Source of the DNA: Cycas panzhihuaensis
Taxonomy: Eukaryota; Plantae; Cycadophyta
NCBI GenBank assembly: GCA_023213395.1
Contig: CM041465.1
Span: 67,463,741 to 67,527,740 of the forward strand
Reading direction: 5' to 3'
Length of the DNA stretch: 64,000 nucleotides
Within the stretch, counting starts at the first letter, position 1. Every line of letters begins with the position of its first letter. The notes under the pieces are model-generated. The model did no database searches, had not been told where the DNA came from, and saw only the letters and a list, made by a program, of their open reading frames with translations. Made by a program: the position numbers and the translations under genes. This document shows positions 55,101 to 64,000 of this stretch, piece by piece.

Positions 55101-56169
55101 AGGCACGTAAAAATTAAGGAACTAAAGGATAATGTAATCATGAGTTAGAAGTTGGGGGTTTCTTATATTTTTAGAAGCCTTTTCCTATTGAGAAAGAGTT
55201 CATAAAAGAAAGAGCAACACACATTTTATTAACATAAAAGATTAAGGTTGGCAAAGAATTCTTAGAGTTGTTAAATAAATAATAATATTTGCCCCTTGAT
55301 CTTCTAATAAATGGCCATTAAAAAGGAAATTATTCTTTAATTTTAGGCTCAAATGAACACAATCTACAAATGCACTCAATCTTAGGAACTAGATGTTTTG
55401 TTTCTATTATGAGTTCATGGGAATAGACCCTATGTTATTACATGGAGAATTTCAAGCTATGTGACATATGAAGAAGAATAAACCCAAGTGGAATAACATC
55501 ATCATCAAAAGATAGAGCTAAATTGACTAGTTGGGGATGTCCAAGTGACCTAAAGAAATGCCAAATAAATCTCTTATGTGATATCTTTGTTAATCTCTCT
55601 CTTTAAAAGATTGAGATTTAAATTATTAAGGGAGTTTAATATGGGAGGAAATTTATTTATAAACATTATAATTATCTACAATAAATTGTAAAATTCAACA
55701 TACCACCATATAGATTCATTATTGAGATCGACTTGGGTTATACCATGTGAAGGCTCATATATATATATGACCTTGTATATATTAGAAACAATCCCAAACA
55801 TGGTTGCTACCCTAAGATGGTGCACCCTACTCTTTTCTTCTATAACACAATGAGGCATAGTTATTTTAACCTGGATGTTGTTTGACATCAAAATGGCTTA
55901 CACTTTCTTAATCTAAATCAAATCCATAAAGAATAAACTAAACTCATACCTTAGTACGAAGAAGGACTTATAAGTTTGGTCAAAGTATTAAAAATATTGT
56001 TGTTATGGAGATACTCTAAAGATACATATGGAAACACACTCTTCGAAAGAAAATATGAAACATACCCTTTAGCAAATCTAGTTTATCATGATGATTGTAC
56101 TAAAAATTTTGAACTCACTCTAATACCATTTTAAATTATTTATAATAACTTATTTAGAATTGTGGAATT

Positions 56170-56607
56170 ATGTAGGATATTATATATTCACATGATTAAT
56201 TAAGTATATCATGAACATAATAAATGAAAAAGATAAAGGCATAAGAGATAATAATACAAACATTATCTATACATCATGTTTAATGTGGAAAACCCATGAA
56301 TAGGAAAAACCACCTCTAGATATTCATAAGATACTATGTTAAGATGAATAATGATGAGTCATTCTATCCTTATAATGAGGAATATGTCATTTGGTTTTGT
56401 TTACGATAAATATTATCATTATATAGATGTGTAATCTCATCATTAACTAATAATATATTACTATGATATCAACCAATTTGATCATGTGTATAGAACCTCT
56501 CACATCATCCAAAAATAACTTTAACATGTTAACCACTAATTAAACATTACTCATTAATATTCATGAATTTCAACATTCTAACCCTTTAATATTTAAATAT
56601 TCCAACA
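56170..56607 (-). repeat. Degenerate copia-type LTR preceded by a PPT
   Basis: Minus TAAGGGGTAG then TGTTGGAA, with a GTGGTTTTTCC..GGGTTTTCCAC motif. Homologous to 60605-60920 in inverted orientation. Confidence 0.6.
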
Positions 56608-59600
56608 CTACCCCTTAATGTTTAATTTTGGACTTTTAAATATCCTTATGCCTTCAACCTATATTTTAATCTTCATGTCTTCATATCTTCATACCATATC
56701 ACCTACTCATATGTATCTTCATTTTATATATATCACCTTTAAATTAATCTATGAAACTTATCTTCATCATACTTGTCTCCAGCAAGTAAATCTTAATAAC
56801 AATGTATCATATCAACCTATAATCAAATATATAAAATCAAACACCTATGAAACCTATAAACCATTATCAATCAACTAATAAATAACCATAATTTATGACT
56901 TTCAACTTATCGTGATATATAAAGTTTTACTCCTCATTAACTTCATATCTTCATGTGTAAAGCTAAAATAATCAATACTTTTAACTCTATCAACTCAAAA
57001 TCTTGTAAACCAAAATGATTACTGATGTCTATATAAAACAATAACCATTTATCAAAATGCATGGATAACTGATCTCTACAATCATTAGTTCTATAAGAAG
57101 TGTTTCTTATACATGGTTCATCAGCATATGAAGTAAAACATCAAAACAATAGTAGGTATTAGGCCAATATGTTATACAATAGTAACATCATTCTATCTTA
57201 TGTCTTGCATATGAAAAAGCCTGTGAGCGTTACCTCTATTGATGCTTTTGCATACATCTTTTGTAGCTTTTATTTAGCAACCAAATAATATCGCCAACAA
57301 ACTAAACTAAACAACTATCTTTGGGAACATGGCATACCACCTAGCCATGTCAAACTAGCTATAATAAGGTAACATAAAGAATATATTTCCATGCCTCTTA
57401 TCATACAAGAAATGCCAATTTTTTTACTAATAACAATATATCAACTAGACTTATTAACAATTAAATTTTGGTATGCCAAGTTATTAATATATAAGACTTC
57501 TCCATGCCTCATAAACATGTGGAAACAATTGAACAACTCAACAACTAACTACAAACAATAGACCCTTTAACAACATCAATCAAGTTGTATCACTAAAAAT
57601 CATTCATTTATATATATAGTCAACAAATTAGGTGATCATATACTCATTAAACCATTAAATAATATTAAATGTATTTTATTAATAGTGTGCATCACTACAT
57701 CAAAAGTGTAAATACTTTAAGGGAACTTTAACATATCCAACACTTATATCTCACATTCAATATCAAACAGGTTCCTACCTTTCTTTTTCTTAGACTTAAA
57801 ATGTCATAAATAATCCTTGAATGTGTTTATTTTCAACTAAATTTAAATTTATATTCATCATTAATCATCCATTTGTATCAACATAAACTCATGAGCCTTC
57901 AAAATCTTCAAAAATTGCTAAATCATCCCTCAAACTTCTCAAAATTTACAACTTCTAATATGTCAAAATTAATTTACTCAAGTTTACCCATTAAAATCTT
58001 ATTCATGCATGCTCTAAAATATGCTTTGTGACTACTTGTTTTGACTATTTTTTAGTACTCTTTCTAATGAAACCAATGTATTAAAAATTATACTCTATAT
58101 AAAAACATTAAGATCAAAATACCATCGGTATTTAATACAAAAAAGTTAGAATGAAGATATTATTAATATATCATAAAAAAATCAAACCTACTTTAATATT
58201 TGATTAAACCTTTTTCCATTTAGGTTGTGGTCACATTAGGATTCCATGTGACCATGTGATTTATCTAACGGGCTCAAGTGGATCTAAAATCACACTCTAA
58301 TCTAGTTTAATGCAATTCAAACATTGAAAAAAAAATCCATATACAAAACAAATTTGTTGATGTGTGATTAGGGTTTTCAGCAATTTTTATGTGTAGTGGG
58401 TAACTTAATGATTAAATCTAGATGTAGACATAAACTTATCATTCGAAATCGATGAAATAAGATCAAATCTAGATTGTAGACTCTCCACAGTGTTAAAGTG
58501 GTAAATTAAAATAAAAAAATTTCTAACCATGTTAGTGGTGCAATGTTGGATATTATTATTAAATTAAAAGAAAAAATCAATATCAATCCAACCAATCAAT
58601 TAGATGAATGAATAATTAAACATGCCATGATTTTCTCCATTCCCATTAATCCTTTAATATGTGATATGATATAGTATAGGATTCAATGGTTACATAAATA
58701 AGGATGAGGAGTAAATTTATAATTATTGTATACCACTAAATTGAGACTAATCATCAATGGGAGGATCACTTAACAATGATATAAATATGAACAAGGCATA
58801 AAATTCAATGGAAGTATATATCTCAATCAACATTACTACATTATGATTATGTGGACCTAATAATGGCAAATTTCTCCATTTTCTCTTTTGTGGACAATTA
58901 AATATATGTCTTTACTCTATGCATTTTTATTGAATGGGCAAAAATTACATTAAACTATGTTTTTCTATAAGTTTATTTAGTGATTCTATGTGTACTCTTC
59001 AATGGTAAATGCTCATACATTCAAACACCTCTACTAAGCAATAAAAGGCATTTGCTAAAATTTGCCTATATCACAAACTCTAAGAATTTATATATAGATT
59101 TGTTACCACCAGTCTATCATTTCTCATATATTTATTTTCATCTCCACCCTATTTCACATATATGTTTTCATCTGGATGTTATTGATCTCCATAAGTGATA
59201 GTGCATCATTGATAGATAAACTTATTGGGCCAATGGACTGCATTTCTTTGAAAATTAACTTCACACAACAGAATTTCATTTCATATTATGACAATACCAA
59301 TTTCTTAATAATGTAATAGGGGGAAACCCTAATATATACTATAGTATAAAATTTTTTATATAGTATAAATCCTTAATATATCACCACTAATCACCACAAG
59401 CCTTGAATTTATTATATTAAATACAAATCCTTAATCATACATATCATACTTATGCCATAATATAATATATCTTTATACGTTGCTAAATTTTATCAAATAT
59501 CAAACTCTAATATGCTTGTTAAAATAGATCTCACATAGACACCACATATGATAAAACCCTGATTTCATTATTTTTTAGTTCAAGCAGTTTATCATACCTT

Positions 59601-60604
59601 TAGGTCACTTACTGAATTACCTATAATTGTTCCTTATTTTCATACTAATCTACTGCATATCAACTAGTATAGACATGTTGCCTATATCACTTGTATTAAC
59701 GGGTTACTAGCTATTAGCTTCTCATCTCACTCTTATAGGGTGATGAATCCTGTTTAGATAATCTCTTATGGATGTACCATCAAGCACCTACATGTTTCAT
59801 GAATATAGGAGCTCCACATACATAATAAATATCCACAATAAGAAAATAAATGCATAGTATACATCACTATGGTGTCCTTTATTCAATAGTATATGACTCA
59901 AGGACAGATCTACAAAATTAACCAAAACTATGGTTATCAATAGGCCTACCTATTATGAAACAGGATTGTATAGTGTATAATAATTATGAAACATGATTAT
60001 ATTGAATGAGATTTCTTTCATTTATCCCCTCTTTCAAGGTATGTAATTTTCGAGTTAAACTTCCCCCTTATTAGAAACCCACACTTCTTTATGTTTGTCT
60101 TATAGCATATTCAGACCTAAGTTGATGTGAAACAATCACTAGCTAATGATTTATATATAGTCATGGCCCTATTTTTTCCATTTATATTCATTATTTTCCT
60201 CAGTTTAATGCCACCTTCCATCCAATTAATGTCCTACAATGGATCTTATTTTCCACTGACCTCCCATGAGGGAAATGATGATAAGGAGTTGAGGGAAATA
60301 ATACCTAATTATATGTATGGTTGTAAGCCTACTACTTCTACATTTTACAAACTAATATTATATTAATTATTAAATTATGTCATCTTATAATGCCTCTATA
60401 CTTTAGGCATAATATTGAATAGTTGATAATGGTCTAGACTAGTTGCCATATGTTGGTCATCACACTAAATTCACCTCTTCCTTCATTGCACCTTTATTAT
60501 TTCCTTAATTAATTTCACCTCTTATCTGATAAGTTAGTCATCATTTTAGTAATCTCTTTATATAGAATTAGAATTAGTTATAGTGTAACCAATTATTTGA
60601 AGTA

Positions 60605-60920
60605 TTGGAATATTAATTTGTACCAATATCGATGTAATGTTTAATTAGTAAGCTAAGATTATCATTAATTGATATTGAAATATAATTTTATAATGATGAA
60701 GTTATACATATATATAAGGATAATATTTATCATAATTAAAAGTAGATCACCTAATTTTCCTTATGAGGATAAGATGACTCGCCATGTGGTTCATTGGTTA
60801 CTATTCTTAATATGAGCTCTGATAGATATTTGAAGGTAGTTTTTCCTATTCATGGATTTTTTACATTAAACATGGAACATATAAAATGTATACATTACAA
60901 CTCGTATGCCCTTTGATTAT
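60605..60920 (+). repeat. Degenerate LTR of the same family, opposite orientation
   Basis: Reverse complement of 60660-60880 aligns with 56275-56485. Confidence 0.6.
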
Positions 60921-62899
60921 TTGGAAATCAGTCTAGGCTAAGTACCTCTCAATAACTTTATGTTTTTTCTATTTCTAATGAAAATCAAGAGATATATCAA
61001 GCTATAGGAACCCTAAAACCAACTTTGTCCAACATCTAAAAAGAAGTCTCCACTTTGTTATGTTGTATGGTTAGAAATGATGAAAAGCAAAAGGCTAGGA
61101 TATGTGAATGACACTTGGTAAAGGAATATACTAGCCTACATAATCAAGTAGAGGAGATCTAAGTTCATAGTTATATTAGCAATGTTTTTGTTTTATTTTC
61201 TTATTTTTTATTATTTCTTCCTTTATATTTTTCAACATCTTAGGTTTAATCAGATGAAGGAAAGGATAAAATAAAGAATAATTTGATCCCACACTTATAA
61301 AAAGCAACAAAAAAGACCTATAAATCTAAGGAAAATCACTCTACAAATTAAACAAATAAATAAGAAATCATATCGACTCCCTTTTCTAATTGAAATCTTA
61401 TCAACAAATAAAAGAAACTAATTTAAAATCTTTAAACAATTTTCTATTTCAAATAAAAATATATAAGAAACAAACCTTTTAAAAGGAAATCTTTCATACA
61501 TACCCAAAAAATAAAGGTTGAAGTGGTATGAAGTTCCTAGACTTTTTCTTATTGTATGTATAATCTTTGATGAATTTTATAGTTTTTCAAGCATAGAATA
61601 AATCTAAATAAAATAAATGAACTATAAAATTTAATATGAAAACTATAAACTTAACATGTAACATCAATGTCCACTTGAACAACCCATGAAAAATGACATA
61701 TAATGTGTAGATTCACCATGCAAGAAAGAACTTAGTTCATGGATCTCATTAAGCAGTTAGATTGGGAACATAGAAAGATTTTATCATTGATTCAACAACA
61801 TATAACTATGAAATTATTGAATTGATTCTATTTCTTATAAAATAAAATAGTAAGCAAGAGGTATATAAAGTTTATTCCCTTTACTCTTTTCTAATTATGC
61901 ATCTTTTAGATGAAGAAGAAGGAAAAAAGTAAATAATCAAGGAAAGTGAATTACATAATCACACAATCCTCAAGGTATGCAACCATATATATGCCTCAGC
62001 ATAGTAATCTTCCCCTTATTAACCAATATTTCACCAAATTTTCCTTTTAATATAAGCAAAAAGAGGAGAAATTTGTGAAGAAATGACCAAAACTAACACC
62101 AAATTAAAAGAGATGAGACAAAGACCTCCTAGAAATCTTGACTGCTATGGAGAATGAAAGGGAGAAGCTATGAAATATGATGAAGAGGTAGATTACTCTT
62201 CTCTATAGCAAACCTCTATGAACACCATAAGGGCCTAATCCTTTAGCCAAGATTAATTCAAGGAAAATTAGGGAACAATAAGAACTATACTCAAGATTAA
62301 GAAGATGACATAAAAGAGGCACAATATAATAAGAAACCATTTAAAAATAACAAGAAAAAGTGATTAAAAAATATTACCAAACTTTTAATAAGAGAGTTAG
62401 TGCTCAAATAAAGGCTTTGTAGAGGATAAACATCTCACAAATTCTTAGAAAATAGAGTTAAACAATAGCACTAACTATATCTTCAAGTCTTTTTCTTCTT
62501 AATTCTCTCCTTTTCCACTTCTCTTCTGTCTTCTTTTAAAGATGCAACCACAAAAATCATAATAATTCACTCACTAATCAATTCTCTAAGGTTTCATGGG
62601 CTTTTAGGCAAGAAAGAAGGAGTTACCATGAAATCTAGGCAAGAGCATGTGAAAAATAGAGAAAAATAGCATATTTGACTAAAAAATTAGCATATATAAC
62701 AATAAAAAAATATAATTTTCTACATGAAATATGATTTATTATATTTTATGTAGAACAAAGAATATGACTTTTTATATAAAACATGATCGATCAAATTTTG
62801 GGCAATATTGAAAAAGTGATGGTAAAAACTAAAAATATTAATAAATAAAGTTTAAAAACTTGGAGTATTGCCAAAAATTGAAGTGAAATAACCTTATCA

Positions 62900-64000
62900 A
62901 AGACAAAGAGTAACCCAATTTCGCTAGACGGGAACGCTGCGCAGGGAACGGGCAAACAAGGAAGGCAAATCGAGCACAATGCAGGCGGCTAGGGCTAATC
63001 TGGGCTGTGGGCGAAGACGGGGGGGCGTCCCCCCAAACGGGAAGGCAAGATGGAGTGATCCCTTATGCAGTTCATGCAGGGGAAAACGAAAGTTTCTAGG
63101 CTACAGAGTGGAGGAGAAAGGGTGATCCGAATGGGGTACAGAAGATTCAGAGAAGGTTAGTCCAGCCAGATCTCGCCCTGTTTACTTTTCCAGAGTTAGT
63201 GGAAGGTAGGCACGAGGCTTATGTAGAGTGGCGCTCGAGCCTAGACGGGAGAGGACGGTGCTATCACAAGGTGGCGGTGCTGAGCAGGTTTACTGTGACG
63301 CTCGAGGGTTTCACAGATTCAAAGGAACTGGACAAAGTCTGACTTTGCATGCCCAAGATTAGAACCTCAGAAGCTTAGCCAAAGGAAACAGTTATACAGA
63401 GACAAGCTTACTGGTAAGCTTATGCTGCTTTTGCATTCTGTATAAGTTCTTTCCTTTGTTGTTCATATGATGCAGACAACCCTGAACCAGTCTCAGTCCT
63501 CCCCTTCGAGGAGGACTTACCTTAATGTTTTAAGAACTAGAAATCAAGAGGAACAAGACATAATCCCAGTTAAAATTGGAAATAGATATAAAATCTTGAT
63601 ACCGAAAGAGGTAACTGAAAAGGCCATGCAGTACTGGGAGAATAGCCTAGTAGGTAGGTTCTCGGGTCCCAGGCCAGGATTGGATATCATCAGGGAGTGG
63701 ATTAGAAACAAGTAGAAGACCAAAAACCCTATCTAAGTCATGGCGATGCCTAAGGGATGCGTCCTTTTTAGGTTTTTAAGTCAGGAGGACATGATTTCCA
63801 TCTTATTGCAGTCACCATGGATGTTTGGGAGGAAGGCCATGACACTGGAGAAATGGCATCCAGACTTCGACCCAGGTATTCATGTGGTTAAACAAGCTCC
63901 AGTTTGGGTTCAACTTCCTGGGCTCCCCCTACACTTTTGGAACCCAGAGACGGTCAAAGGGGCGGCTAGAATGATAGGGCCTCTTTTAGCCTTAGATTCA
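62900..64000 (+). mobile_element. L1-type LINE, 5' UTR and ORF1 (continues past the window)
   Basis: GC-rich leader followed by a DUF4283-type ORF1. The 5' boundary is approximate. Confidence 0.85.
63467..64000 (+). pseudogene. LINE ORF1 (DUF4283) with two in-frame stops
   Basis: YWENSLVGRF..IIREWI..VLFRFLSQEDM..PWMFGRKAMTLEKWHPDFDP..APVWVQLPGLPLHFWNPETV..MIG. Confidence 0.9.

Noticed and set aside
52200-56100. Further LTR or gag relics and short ORFs
   Set aside because: Too degenerate to define boundaries or products by eye
63414-63475. GTAAGC...TGCAG mini-intron extending LINE ORF1 upstream
   Set aside because: Only 62 nt, and the upstream frame hits TAG at 63360-63362. Unsupported without transcripts.

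Overview
AT-rich, transposon-saturated plant nuclear DNA. A large, heavily methylated seed-plant genome, possibly a gymnosperm, is an inference only. No intact host gene is present. Left to right: (1) 3' half of a minus-strand Ty1/copia (116-2200). (2) An orphan, disabled terminal exon of an ABHD17-type alpha/beta-hydrolase (2813-3232). (3) A young full-length copia (3502-11841, TSD TTGAC) with a ~3.4-kb non-coding leader. (4) A three-level nest: an old gag-only gypsy-like LTR element (13019-35265) contains an older copia of the same family as (3) (13930-33319, TSD TGATG), which contains a young chromovirus (16436-22713, TSD TACCT), a solo LTR (22995-23447, TSD AACAT) and a non-autonomous gag-remnant copia derivative (23740-28192, TSD ATAGG). 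(5) Copia and Tat/Ogre relics. (6) An ~8.1-kb direct segmental duplication (26716-34889 and 40994-49093) whose right breakpoint truncates an F-box/kelch pseudogene (49074-50138). (7) Degenerate LTR relics. (8) The 5' end of an L1 LINE. The most novel-looking signal is a set of conserved non-coding modules in the long copia leaders. One module shows apparent compensatory base pairing and is absent from the non-autonomous derivative. All identities are by-eye estimates.
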